Source: Promethearchaeati archaeon SRVP18_Atabeyarchaeia-1
GTDB taxonomy: Archaea; Asgardarchaeota; Atabeyarchaeia; Atabeyarchaeales; Atabeyarchaeaceae
Direction of reading: 5' to 3'
Assembly (NCBI GenBank): GCA_037308085.1
Contig: CP147779.1
Location: 704,001 to 768,000 of the forward strand
Length of the DNA: 64,000 nucleotides
The translations under genes were made by a program, and so were the position numbers. Below, in pieces: positions 18,676 through 28,192 of the stretch (position 1 is the stretch's first letter; each line of letters begins with the position of its first letter). The notes under the pieces were generated by a model. That model was not told the DNA's origin. It did not search any database and saw only the letters and a list, made by a program, of their open reading frames with translations.

Positions 18676-21600
18676 TCAGGCCTTCTTCACGATCCCCTGC
18701 CTTGGCTCAAAGAGCACGCCCTCCTTGACCAACTTATTGATGGCATCCAATGCAAACTGCTTCTCTATCCCCTGAGCCGCGGCCGCTGCAACGATCTTAT
18801 CCACTTGCACGAATCCCTCCTTCGCCCCCTCCCCCAACTCGCGAACCAAAGTGATTATAAGATCAAACCTCTCACGCTGCGACTTCGTCTTCCCCACCAT
18901 GATCGTGTCAATATCAGCCCGCATGGTCTCCCTATCTATCCCCACCATCTTCAGCGAAGTAGTCATAAGGCGGATCACAGCCTCAGCGTCATCCACAGTA
19001 ATCTCCCGCTTCAATGCCATCTTCGCCCTAGACTCAGCCAACCTAACAAGAGCCTCAAGCTGCCTAGCCGTAATCGGCACAGGAGACTCAGGGTTCTCAC
19101 CCATAGCACGAGTCTCCAAGTAGAACTCCTCTATCTTCTTGGCGGCCTCATCAGTCAGCACCGGAGGCACATTCTTCTTAGCATAACTAATATACTTCCT
19201 CAAAAGCAAAGGAGCAATAGGAGCCTCATTACCAGTCGCCTTCGACGAATGCAAAGAAATCACATGCTCCGCCATCTTCCTATCCCTCTCAGACTCAGGC
19301 TTATCCACCATCACGAAAATCAAGTCAAACCTAGAAAGAACCGTAACCGGCAAATTGATGTTCTCAGCAGGATTCTTAAAACTATTATACCTACCCAGCG
19401 CCGGATTCGCAGCCGCGAGAATAGCAGTCCGAGCATTAAGCGTCGCAACAATCCCCGCCTTAGCAATCGAAATAGTGTTATGAAGCACAAGCCCGTGACT
19501 GATAAAGCAGTGATCAGGCTCTACCGTTACATCGTAAACGTATGGGCAAGACCATTTTCCTGTGTTTCTTACCTCCTCATTCCTCCTAACGCGAAGCAGA
19601 CAAATATCGCTTTGGAGCAATGCGTCAATCGCATTGATCTCCGGTTCAATAGCTGCGAGAGTCTTGCGTGCTGATTCTGTGATTGCCTCAGCCAGTTTTT
19701 TGCGGTACTCCTGCGTGTACCCTTCGTGCTCTGCATGGTATATGCGGAACTCGGTGACCCCGATCTTTCGAGCGGCAGTCACCTGAGACCAGCGGAGGAT
19801 GTTTCTTGCACTCCTAACATCTTCCGGAGCGGGATCGAGCGATTCCTTGGTCTTCAGGTATGCCTCCCTGACCTCGCCTAAGCAGGACTCAAGTAATGTG
19901 CGCGTGATGCCGTGCCCTTTCTTGGCAGCAGTCGACAAGACACCTCGGTAGGGGCGACTCAACTCCTGATATAGCTTCTTCACCCGGTCGCCGACCCCTG
20001 GCGGAAAGACATCATGGTCATAGTTAGATGCCTCAGATCGGGCCACAAGCCTGGCTATCCTTTCCTTTCGAGCGTCCCAAGGTTCAATGATAGTTCTAAA
20101 GAAGAGCGGAAGACTACTGCCGCAGATGTATACTTTGAAAGAGTCGTTATGAATATCCCGAACAATTCGGCTCTGAATGCCTGCGCACAACAGCAGATCC
20201 TGATAATCGCAGGCAAGTCCATTCGAAGCTGTCCGATAACATATGCTATCAGTTTCGACACTTCCGTCTCCCAGAAAAGCGGATTGCAGAAAGTTCAAAA
20301 CAACTTGCCTCCCAGAGGTAAACAGCTGAGGGGGAAGTCTCTTGTCGCGGGAGAGAGCTAGAACTTCTCGGAAATTGGATCTAAGCAAATCGCGTATTTG
20401 TGCAGATATATAGCGGATCTCCCTCCTCTTTTCATCATATTCTGGAGGGTCTAATCCAAAGACTTGTTTCATCAGTGTAGTGATGTCGTCTAGGATCTCA
20501 GGTGACGTATTCGAGAAACCAAACTCTGCGGACGAGCCAAAGTGGCTGAACCCCTCCGTAACAAAGTATCCCAAGATACGGGCTAACTGAGGTATCATAC
20601 GCTCTGGCAGAAGAACTGGTTTTGCATTGAAATGGACAGAGTACGGAGCGGCAAGGACAGCCCCCGGATTATGCCCGCTTGGCATCAGACGAAAGGCAGG
20701 CACAAAATCCCCGACTTCGAGCTCCGCAGCCTGCACAGTATACGACTTGTAACCGTCATAGAGAAACATCGGATGCTCGGGTGTGACAACAACCTCACGC
20801 CCATTGCTGAACCTAATCCTACGGAAACGGTCAGGAGCTCGATGCCGACTCACACGGTCTATTCGGACAGACCGAACATTACGGAGGTCAGACGTAAGGA
20901 TCTCCACACCCCGAGATCGCACATCCAAGATCTCACAATTGACTCCTTTGACCACCTCGCCTCGGCTAGCCACAAAAAGTGAGTCAACCAACTCACCAAT
21001 CGGAGTACGTACGCCATTCGCAAGTGCCACCTCCACCACGCGGTGGTACGATTGTTGCTCCATCGCTTGATGTATTGCAACCCTGTCTTGCGGATTCATT
21101 TTGTCAAACTCGTCCACCGCGGCGATGCCCCGATCTGCGAGCACAAGCGCACCGGCTTCCAAGGTCATGTCCCCGGTGTCCGCATCGCGGAGGACCGCCG
21201 CCGTGAGGCCCGCTGCTGTGGAACCCTTCCCCGAGGTGTAAAGACCTCTGGGTGCCAGCCCCGCCGTATACATTAAGAGCTGGCTGTTATGTACTATGAG
21301 GTTCCCTTCAGCGAGGATGAAATGTCCGTTTGAGGTTCCGATGTCATATACAGTTGTTTGCTCGTTCAGAAGGTCAACTTTGGTGACTTGGTCCCAGAAG
21401 ATGTCGGATTCGGCTAGTGTTTCTAGCCAGTCAAGGCAAGGAGATGCGTCGCTATCGTTCTTATCCGGGTCTAATCGTGAGATCACATTTTGCAGGTAAA
21501 CTCGACCTACGTGCTGTCTCTTTTTCTTACCTCTCAGTTCCGCTATGAAGTTCCTAGTCCAGGAATCGCGCTTACTTGTCATTCCCAGTTCTCGTGCGGC

Positions 21601-23928
21601 GCGTACCAACATTGAGCCATAGTTTGGTACTATGTCACGGGACTGGTAGCGTTTCCGAGTGCGCATGCGCTTTACGATTGATTCCAGTTTGTCTTGCTTG
21701 TTGGTTGATACAAGTCTAACCTGTTTGTGGAATGTCAGGAGGTCGGTGCCCTGTATCCTCACATGGTAGTATATGTAACCTTTGTATGGTTCCTTAGTCA
21801 CAGTGGTCTTGAAGATGCTAGCAAAGATGCCCAATGTTGCCAGTAGATCGCTCAATTGGTACGCAAGGGTTCGGCTTTTCGTTGTGCATTGTACCGCCGA
21901 TCCCTTCATGTCAATCGTTCCGTCTCCGGAGAAACAACCAGAGAGTAGTGAAAGGCGCAGAGGGTAAGGTGCAGTGAAGAATTCAGTTGGAATCTGTTTA
22001 TTTTCTGCTCCCGTTCCGAATTTCCGTTCAAACCAGGTGGCTAAGCTTGACTGGCATAGCAGGATAGAATCGTCAGTCGCTGAGAATTTACCGAAGACTG
22101 TTTCAAGATCACTCTTTAGGGAGCTTCTGATCGAATCATTACAGGCGGAAAAACGCACCGTGGTTCCTTCTACGTTGCCTTCGGCGAGATACAAGCCGAC
22201 GATTCGGCCCAATGCTGGTCCGAGTTGCAGCCATCTTGGGAACCACGTGGTGTCTCTTTTTCTGCGGAGCCATGTGCCTTTCGGGATCGAAGCGTTTCCG
22301 TTGACGATTCCGCACATCGTGTTGGCTGATATATTGCATATGGTAGCCGCTGCTCTGGCACTAACGAGATTTGACTGAATGAGGACAAGTTGTGTGTTGA
22401 TTTCCTCAGCGCTTACCAAATCTGTTTCTGGGAACTCTTCGGCTAGATCTATGAAGGGTGATCCTTCCTCTACGTCAACCTGGCGCGCTACTGGAAGGTA
22501 TGTGCCTGGGCGGAGATCTTGACCAACGATCACCTGCAACTTGCCGTCAATAATCGTTGTAAAAGAGTGATCTGGGGTAGCTAGTACCGTTCGCCCTGAT
22601 CTGGTGTGAATGCGGATTAGTCGGTCGGTTCTGTGGCGGCTAACCTCACAGATGAGTGATGACCTAGTCTTCAGGGAGAGTGGATCCATTGTCTGAGTAA
22701 ATATGGTAGCTGGGTCTCCGAGTGGAAGGATCTCTGAATCTCCTCGAAAGACCATCTCATCTCGGTGTGCTGACATCAAGCCATCGACAAGAGATCCTAT
22801 TGACTCTCTATTCCATCGCAAGGTTGAACCGCATTCTCTTCCTACATAGACCTTTTCCGTACCGTGCACGCTCTTTGCAGTTCCTGGATCCCCTATGAGG
22901 AGTACGTTTATTTCTCCTCGGATCTTGACTCCGTCTGGGAGGGTTTTTGGTACTCCTCCGAATAGGGCGAGGGCTATGGCTTCTTTGACGTCTTCGAGGC
23001 CGTAGATGGATGGGGCGATTGATTTTATTATTTTCTGGTGGATCCACTCGTCTTTGGCGAGTTCGATTATGAAGCGTTCTTCTTCTGGTGTGATCTCGAC
23101 TTTCTCGCTTTCCTTGTCCATTGTGTCGACGTAGTTTGAGTCGATGTAGGTTCTGAAGGTGGTTAGGCGGCCTCGTTTCGGGGCGAAGTCCTGTAGGGAC
23201 ATTAGTGCTCCGGTTATTGCTACGCGGTCGCCGGGTCTTGCGATGTCGACGAGGTCGTCCTTTATGATGGCGTCTAGGGATCTTGGCATCTGTCCTGGGG
23301 GGAGTTCCTCTGGCATCTCCTGTATTCTTATTTTTTGCCAGTCTACGAACTTGGAGTCTTCGACTATTAGGTTGAAGGGTCCTTCTCGTTTGCATGCGGG
23401 GCAGGTGACGGGAGGCAGGTACCTTCCCTCAAACTGCTCGACGGTTATCTTGTTGCCGCAGCTGCACTCGAATAGGGCTACGAGGAGTTGGGGCTTGACT
23501 TCGCTAACTCTTGTGATGATGCCGTCAACCATGATTAGTTTGCCAATGTGGTTCGCCCGGATCATGCGAAGCTTGACTTTTCCGGTCGTTACGTTCCTGA
23601 ACCTTGCTTTGAATTCGTGTCCGGATTCGGTAATCTTGGTGACGTAGTCGCGGTCCTCGAGTTCGACTATGGTTTTGACTGAGTCGGAGGCTGCTTTGAC
23701 GCAGTCTTCAGGATCATCGATTATCTGCCTGGCAAGCTGAGGGTCGAAGTCGAGGAGCTCATTGTAATCAATTATGACTGATCTTTCCCCGGTTACTGGA
23801 AGCCTCTGGATCGTCTCACGGTATTTCAGTGACCCAGACTCGGTGCGGAATGACTTTAGGAAGTTCTGGAATCGCTGGAACAAGTCCGCTTGTTCATCAG
23901 TGATGTCTGCGGCACTCTCATTAGCCAT
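18676..23928 (-). CDS. mcm: MCM replicative helicase with two inteins (mature ~696 aa)
   Basis: Zn finger CSC...CPAC, GDPGTAK|S, GLTAAV, VDEFDKM, MEQQ|TISIAKAG, LSRFDL, ITARQLE, C-terminal wHTH. Confidence 0.96.
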   Translation of the reverse strand: MANESAADITDEQADLFQRFQNFLKSFRTESGSLKYRETIQRLPVTGERSVIIDYNELLDFDPQLARQIIDDPEDCVKAASDSVKTIVELEDRDYVTKITESGHEFKARFRNVTTGKVKLRMIRANHIGKLIMVDGIITRVSEVKPQLLVALFECSCGNKITVEQFEGRYLPPVTCPACKREGPFNLIVEDSKFVDWQKIRIQEMPEELPPGQMPRSLDAIIKDDLVDIARPGDRVAITGALMSLQDFAPKRGRLTTFRTYIDSNYVDTMDKESEKVEITPEEERFIIELAKDEWIHQKIIKSIAPSIYGLEDVKEAIALALFGGVPKTLPDGVKIRGEINVLLIGDPGTAKSVHGTEKVYVGRECGSTLRWNRESIGSLVDGLMSAHRDEMVFRGDSEILPLGDPATIFTQTMDPLSLKTRSSLICEVSRHRTDRLIRIHTRSGRTVLATPDHSFTTIIDGKLQVIVGQDLRPGTYLPVARQVDVEEGSPFIDLAEEFPETDLVSAEEINTQLVLIQSNLVSARAAATICNISANTMCGIVNGNASIPKGTWLRRKRDTTWFPRWLQLGPALGRIVGLYLAEGNVEGTTVRFSACNDSIRSSLKSDLETVFGKFSATDDSILLCQSSLATWFERKFGTGAENKQIPTEFFTAPYPLRLSLLSGCFSGDGTIDMKGSAVQCTTKSRTLAYQLSDLLATLGIFASIFKTTVTKEPYKGYIYYHVRIQGTDLLTFHKQVRLVSTNKQDKLESIVKRMRTRKRYQSRDIVPNYGSMLVRAARELGMTSKRDSWTRNFIAELRGKKKRQHVGRVYLQNVISRLDPDKNDSDASPCLDWLETLAESDIFWDQVTKVDLLNEQTTVYDIGTSNGHFILAEGNLIVHNSQLLMYTAGLAPRGLYTSGKGSTAAGLTAAVLRDADTGDMTLEAGALVLADRGIAAVDEFDKMNPQDRVAIHQAMEQQSYHRVVEVALANGVRTPIGELVDSLFVASRGEVVKGVNCEILDVRSRGVEILTSDLRNVRSVRIDRVSRHRAPDRFRRIRFSNGREVVVTPEHPMFLYDGYKSYTVQAAELEVGDFVPAFRLMPSGHNPGAVLAAPYSVHFNAKPVLLPERMIPQLARILGYFVTEGFSHFGSSAEFGFSNTSPEILDDITTLMKQVFGLDPPEYDEKRREIRYISAQIRDLLRSNFREVLALSRDKRLPPQLFTSGRQVVLNFLQSAFLGDGSVETDSICYRTASNGLACDYQDLLLCAGIQSRIVRDIHNDSFKVYICGSSLPLFFRTIIEPWDARKERIARLVARSEASNYDHDVFPPGVGDRVKKLYQELSRPYRGVLSTAAKKGHGITRTLLESCLGEVREAYLKTKESLDPAPEDVRSARNILRWSQVTAARKIGVTEFRIYHAEHEGYTQEYRKKLAEAITESARKTLAAIEPEINAIDALLQSDICLLRVRRNEEVRNTGKWSCPYVYDVTVEPDHCFISHGLVLHNTISIAKAGIVATLNARTAILAAANPALGRYNSFKNPAENINLPVTVLSRFDLIFVMVDKPESERDRKMAEHVISLHSSKATGNEAPIAPLLLRKYISYAKKNVPPVLTDEAAKKIEEFYLETRAMGENPESPVPITARQLEALVRLAESRAKMALKREITVDDAEAVIRLMTTSLKMVGIDRETMRADIDTIMVGKTKSQRERFDLIITLVRELGEGAKEGFVQVDKIVAAAAAQGIEKQFALDAINKLVKEGVLFEPRQGIVKKA
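19477..21051 (-). mobile_element. MCM intein 2 (525 aa; MEQQ|T site) with LAGLIDADG endonuclease and an XRE-like HTH
   Basis: Starts SYH, VTPEHP, ILGYFVTEG, QSAFLGDG, ends YVYDVTV...GLVLHN followed by Thr. Confidence 0.95.
21286..22872 (-). mobile_element. MCM intein 1 (529 aa; Walker A K|S site) with LAGLIDADG endonuclease
   Basis: Starts SVHG, ATPDHS, VGLYLAEG, SGCFSGDG, ends TVYDI...NLIVHN followed by Ser. Confidence 0.95.
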
Positions 23929-23939
23929 TACTGGTCACC

Positions 23940-24521
23940 TTACCTTTGGAGTATTCCTTTCTCCCAGCCCCTCAGCAACTTGGCCAAGCGCTGGTAGAGC
24001 CACGCTTCCTCACCTGTCATCAGGTTTGAGGTTCCAAGTGCATCGCCGCCTCGCAACGATATTTTTACAATCTTGGATATGCGGACGGATACGAGATCCC
24101 TTAGAAGCGTTTCAAACTGAGCAAGTCTCCTGACGCTATCGAGGTCGCGAGCAGCGTTACTGACTTTCTCCTGGAAGGATTTTGCGAGTTCCTTAGCAAG
24201 CACGTAGAAGTCTTCGGGTAGTTTCTGAAGTGGGGTCTCCAGTTGTTCCTTCCAGAGGATGTTTTCAAAGTCCTTGTAAGCTAGTTTCTGCTCTTCCCTC
24301 ATCACTCCTGCATTTGCTTTGGCGAGAGCCTCTGCCGCCCAAAGTGGGAGAGTGACGTCTTGGCCTTTTGCGACTGAGGCCAGATCCTTTCCCGCAATCA
24401 CTAGGTCTTCCAGAGGTTTCGTTATGGTCAGTTTTACCTGCTTGTTATTTCTCTCAAATTCGTAAGATTCTGGGTTGAACTCAAGATCGTCCACGATTAG
24501 CACCGATCTTCTATTAGACAA
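23940..24521 (-). CDS. GINS complex subunit (Gins23/Psf2-Psf3 type)
   Basis: LPLWAAEAL, LQKLPEDFY, RISKIVK, NLMTGEEAWLY; directly upstream of mcm. Confidence 0.85.
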   Translation of the reverse strand: MSNRRSVLIVDDLEFNPESYEFERNNKQVKLTITKPLEDLVIAGKDLASVAKGQDVTLPLWAAEALAKANAGVMREEQKLAYKDFENILWKEQLETPLQKLPEDFYVLAKELAKSFQEKVSNAARDLDSVRRLAQFETLLRDLVSVRISKIVKISLRGGDALGTSNLMTGEEAWLYQRLAKLLRGWEKGILQR

Positions 24522-24827
24522 GGGCGCTTCTTAAATGTTCCATTCGAGTTCCGCTTGGAAGATCCAAGATTCGGTCTGCACGCGTAGTGCTCTGGGCAAT
24601 CGGATGTCATCTAGAATGACGATAGGCGATGGTGAGTGACAGTCCTAGTCCTGAGTTCGACTTCAATCGATCTTGAGTCTGGGTTCCTCAGGAATCGGAA
24701 CTGGAAGTGGGTTTAGTATTCCAGTTCGTAGGCTATAGTCTTATTAGTTTCTATCACCTTGCGGGGTAGTTGACAGCTCGCCTTGGTTGGCGATGGGATC
24801 TTCGGTGGTAGAGGATGGGAAGCAAAA

Positions 24828-25544
24828 GTGCCGAGAAGTGACTTTATCGGTGGTTCTTCGGCAAGGTTTACTGCAGTCACGGCTATTATGACCGCAAGCG
24901 TGATGGTGGCGACCATTGCTTTTCAGCTCTCCATACCTGCGACGGGAGGCTACTTCAATTTTGGCGAGTCCTTGGTCTATATCTCGGCCCTTCTCTTCGG
25001 ACCGCTGGTTGGCGGTTTCGCTGGTGGCATTGGCTCAATGCTAGCCGACGCGGCGACGGGGTACTTGGTCTTTGCTCCTGGAACCTTGGTGAGCAAGGGC
25101 GTAGAAGGGTTGGTCGCGGGATTTCTATCTGAGCGAGCAAGGTTGAGGAAGGCGAGAAAAGTCGGCAAGAAGATTTCCTTGGTAGTCGGCTCAGCCATAG
25201 GTCTTTCGCTCGCAGCATTAGGTATCACGGGCGTTGCCATCCAGCCCACGTGGCCGCCAGTGGCGATTACGCTGGAGCCCCTCATATGGGTTCTTGTGTC
25301 GATTCTTGCCGGAGTACTGGTCGGGTACGTGGTCTATCGCTCCGAAGTCAACGGAGTCATCATAACTCTCTCAATGCTGGCAGGCGGCGCATGCATGGTG
25401 ATCGGGTATTTCCTCTACGAGCTGTTCCTTGTGGGATACATATACGCGGCTGCCGAGATCCCGTTCAACATAATGCAGTCCTTGACGGGCATCGTCATCG
25501 CTTTTCCGGTCTCCAATAGAGTTAGGCGCGCGATCATGGTCTAG
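24828..25544 (+). CDS. ECF transporter S component with extra transmembrane segments
   Basis: IPATGGYFNFGE, GGIGSMLAD, APGTLVSKG, MVIGYFLYE, EIPFNIMQ. Confidence 0.85.
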   Translation: MPRSDFIGGSSARFTAVTAIMTASVMVATIAFQLSIPATGGYFNFGESLVYISALLFGPLVGGFAGGIGSMLADAATGYLVFAPGTLVSKGVEGLVAGFLSERARLRKARKVGKKISLVVGSAIGLSLAALGITGVAIQPTWPPVAITLEPLIWVLVSILAGVLVGYVVYRSEVNGVIITLSMLAGGACMVIGYFLYELFLVGYIYAAAEIPFNIMQSLTGIVIAFPVSNRVRRAIMV

Positions 25545-25698
25545 AGGGTATGAGAACCGATCTATGCTTGGTGGCACCAAGTAAGTGTTCCTTCTTTCCG
25601 AGCGGCGGGGCTTCTCTGGGGATTCCTAGGGAGTTCTTATAACTAATACCGCTTTCTCCTACTTCACCTACGGGTCTGTATAAGTTGTCAGCTGGTGG

Positions 25699-26457
25699 AT
25701 GCACTTACATTACGTAGTCATGATGGGAACGGCTGGGTCTGGGAAATCAACACTTACATCGACTTTGGAATCCTTCATGAAGAACTACAACTTGGATGTT
25801 ATTACGGTGAATCTTGACCCAGCCGCCAGAAGGCTGCCTTATGCGCCAGAGGTCGACATTCGGGATTTCGTGGACATCAATGAGATCATGAATCAACTCG
25901 GCTTGGGGCCGAATGGGGCGCTTATAGCAGCTGTCGACATGGTTGCTGGTCAGGTTGACCAGATCAAGGAGGCTGCCGAGGGCTCAAAGGCCGATTATGC
26001 TATTGTTGATACGCCGGGTCAAATTGAGTTGTTCGCCTATCGTTCGACCGGTCCGTTGATCATATCCGCGCTGGAAGGCGCAACAACTACTAGCCTGCAT
26101 CTACTCGACCCGAATCTGGCAAGAAGCGCTGTGGGTTTTGTTTCTCTCGCTCTGCTGGGTCTTTCCTTGCAGTATAGGTTTACAGCGACTCAATTCACGG
26201 TCCTTGCAAAGTCAGATTTGCTCTCAGAGCAGGAGATTGACCGAATCGTAAACTGGTCGGTGAATCCGGTAGACCTTTGCGACGACGTTGATGCCACTGG
26301 GAAAGGGGTCACGCGGGAATTGAGCAAGATGATCTGCGAGATGTTCGAGCAGTTGGAATCTAAGACTGAAGTCATCCCAGTCTCAGCACAGCGCAATGAG
26401 GGAATGGACACTCTTTACGCGGAGCTTGAGCGCGTCTGGACAACAGAAGTAACCTGA
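25699..26457 (+). CDS. GPN-loop GTPase
   Basis: GTAGSGKS, NLDPA, GLGPNGA, DTPGQIELF, AKSD. Confidence 0.93.
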   Translation: MHLHYVVMMGTAGSGKSTLTSTLESFMKNYNLDVITVNLDPAARRLPYAPEVDIRDFVDINEIMNQLGLGPNGALIAAVDMVAGQVDQIKEAAEGSKADYAIVDTPGQIELFAYRSTGPLIISALEGATTTSLHLLDPNLARSAVGFVSLALLGLSLQYRFTATQFTVLAKSDLLSEQEIDRIVNWSVNPVDLCDDVDATGKGVTRELSKMICEMFEQLESKTEVIPVSAQRNEGMDTLYAELERVWTTEVT

Positions 26458-26647
26458 GCACGCTCGTACTCCCCCTGAAAACAATTATACTGATTTTCCG
26501 GCATCAGAGCATGGAGCCAGCTTCTTCTCGACCTAGTCATTCTGAAGCGGATGCTCGGCAATTCACTTTTACCTTAGTCCCCCCCAATACTTACACGCGT
26601 TTCCCCCTAAGAAGTAGGCGTGAATGTGGTGTCTCGTAGTGATTGGT

Positions 26648-26854
26648 ATGTGTGAAATCGAGGGTATCTGCCTAGACTGTGCCGACGCGTCAAGTTGCCC
26701 AATGCTTGCTGCTCACAGGAAATTCCCTGGCACGTTGAAATCTGTTATGTGTATCGGATACAGGCATGCGACCCCAGTTGGAGCAGTCAAGGATTCCCCC
26801 AGCATCTTATCTTCTGCCGAGGTTCTTGGAACATCATCCCAGTTCCAGCAGTGA
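26648..26854 (+). CDS. Possible small Cys-rich protein
   Basis: MCEIEGICLDCADASSCP...VMC; no family recognised. Confidence 0.3.
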   Translation: MCEIEGICLDCADASSCPMLAAHRKFPGTLKSVMCIGYRHATPVGAVKDSPSILSSAEVLGTSSQFQQ

Positions 26855-27066
26855 TCGTCTTTGTGCGGACGATTCCACCGGTCTGTTCATTATCTTAGCC
26901 TCGCCGCAGGAGACATAGATCGGAGAGTCCTTCTTGGATCACCTTTTCCGATAGGATCTGCTGGGTGTTGCTAGGACGGCGGGCCGACGAAAGGGATTTT
27001 CTAGAGTCAATCTCGCTTGACCGCCGATTGATACCTGCCCTGATTTAGATCTGGCTTCCTTTTTTC

Positions 27067-27083
27067 CGAAAATCCTTATAAAT
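27067..27083 (+). promoter_or_regulatory. BRE-TATA promoter of the acdB operon
   Basis: CGAAAATCCTTATAAA, a canonical archaeal BRE plus TATA box. Confidence 0.6.
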
Positions 27084-27150
27084 GAAGGGCTTCAACCTTA
27101 AGCAAGGGTTTCACCTGACAGCTTGGTCACCTTTCGCTTGGTGATTCTTC

Positions 27151-27876
27151 ATGCCTGCTAACAGTGTTGAAAAGATCATTCATAATGCTTTGTCAGACGG
27201 AAGAACTTTTTTGCTCGAGCCCGAGTCGAAGGAAGTCGTGGGCGCCTATGGTATGCCTGTAACAAAGTTCAAGGTCGCGAAGTCAGTTGAGGAGGCAGTG
27301 AAATTCTCTAGCGAAATCGGGTATCCGGTTGTGATGAAGATTGTTTCTCCCGACGTCCTTCATAAGAGTGATGCGGGTGCGGTGAAGGTCAATCTTAAGA
27401 ATGGGAATGAGGTCAGGGCGGCTTTTGCCGAGATCTCTGAGAACGTCAAGAGATTCAAGAGCAATGCGAAGGTTGTTGGATATATCGTAGAGCAGCTTGC
27501 TCCTCCGGGCAACGAAGTGATTGTGGGAATGGCCAAGGATCCCCAGTTTGGCCCTGCGCTGATGTTTGGCTTGGGCGGGATCTTTGTTGAGGTCTTGAAA
27601 GATGTATCGTTTCGAATAGCTCCTCTGACAGAGTACGATGCGCGGGAAATGATACAAGAGATCAAGGGGTACCCAGTGTTAACCGGTATCAGGGGGCAGA
27701 AGCCTGCAGACGTCAACTCGCTTGTTGACATAATTCTCAAGGTATCGAAACTAGTTACAGAGCATGCTGAGATAGAGCAACTCGATCTTAATCCAATCTT
27801 CGTCTATGAAAAAGGCGCAAGAATTGTTGATGCGAGAATAATACTATCTACAGACGGGGAGAAAAGCTCGGCTTAG
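27151..27876 (+). CDS. acdB: ADP-forming acyl-CoA synthetase beta subunit (ATP-grasp)
   Basis: IGYPVVMKIVSPDVLHKSDAG, DPQFGP.LMFGLGGIFVE, DLNP, VDARI. Confidence 0.92.
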   Translation: MPANSVEKIIHNALSDGRTFLLEPESKEVVGAYGMPVTKFKVAKSVEEAVKFSSEIGYPVVMKIVSPDVLHKSDAGAVKVNLKNGNEVRAAFAEISENVKRFKSNAKVVGYIVEQLAPPGNEVIVGMAKDPQFGPALMFGLGGIFVEVLKDVSFRIAPLTEYDAREMIQEIKGYPVLTGIRGQKPADVNSLVDIILKVSKLVTEHAEIEQLDLNPIFVYEKGARIVDARIILSTDGEKSSA

Positions 27877-27884
27877 ATCGATGA

Positions 27885-28130
27885 GTGGAGGGTTGCCCGA
27901 TTAGCAGTTTCAGATTGGCTGGGACTATAGGCAAAGACGTTTACACAACAAAGGGAAAGTACGTTGGTCGCGTTACAGACATCTCGGTTGATATTGACGC
28001 GAAATCTGTCTCGGCGTTGGAAATGAAGATTGCACGGGGAAAAGGCGCGTCGGGGACCGAAATAGTTCTTGTTCCATATGACTTGGTTGTCGCTGTTGAT
28101 GATATCGTCTTGATTGGGATGAAAAGATGA
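27885..28130 (+). CDS. PRC-barrel domain protein
   Basis: IGKDVYTTKGKYVGRVTDI, LVPYDLVVAVDDIVLI. Confidence 0.85.
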   Translation: MEGCPISSFRLAGTIGKDVYTTKGKYVGRVTDISVDIDAKSVSALEMKIARGKGASGTEIVLVPYDLVVAVDDIVLIGMKR

Positions 28131-28192
28131 GTTCTCCTATTATGAGTTGATTCATAGTCTATTCTAACTGATCGCCTATCGGGGTCAAGGAA

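Noticed and set aside
18634-19674. 346-aa antisense ORF (also 22808-23395, 15710-16141 and 15778-16023)
   Set aside because: Low-complexity shadow ORFs caused by the extreme third-position bias flanking the inteins.
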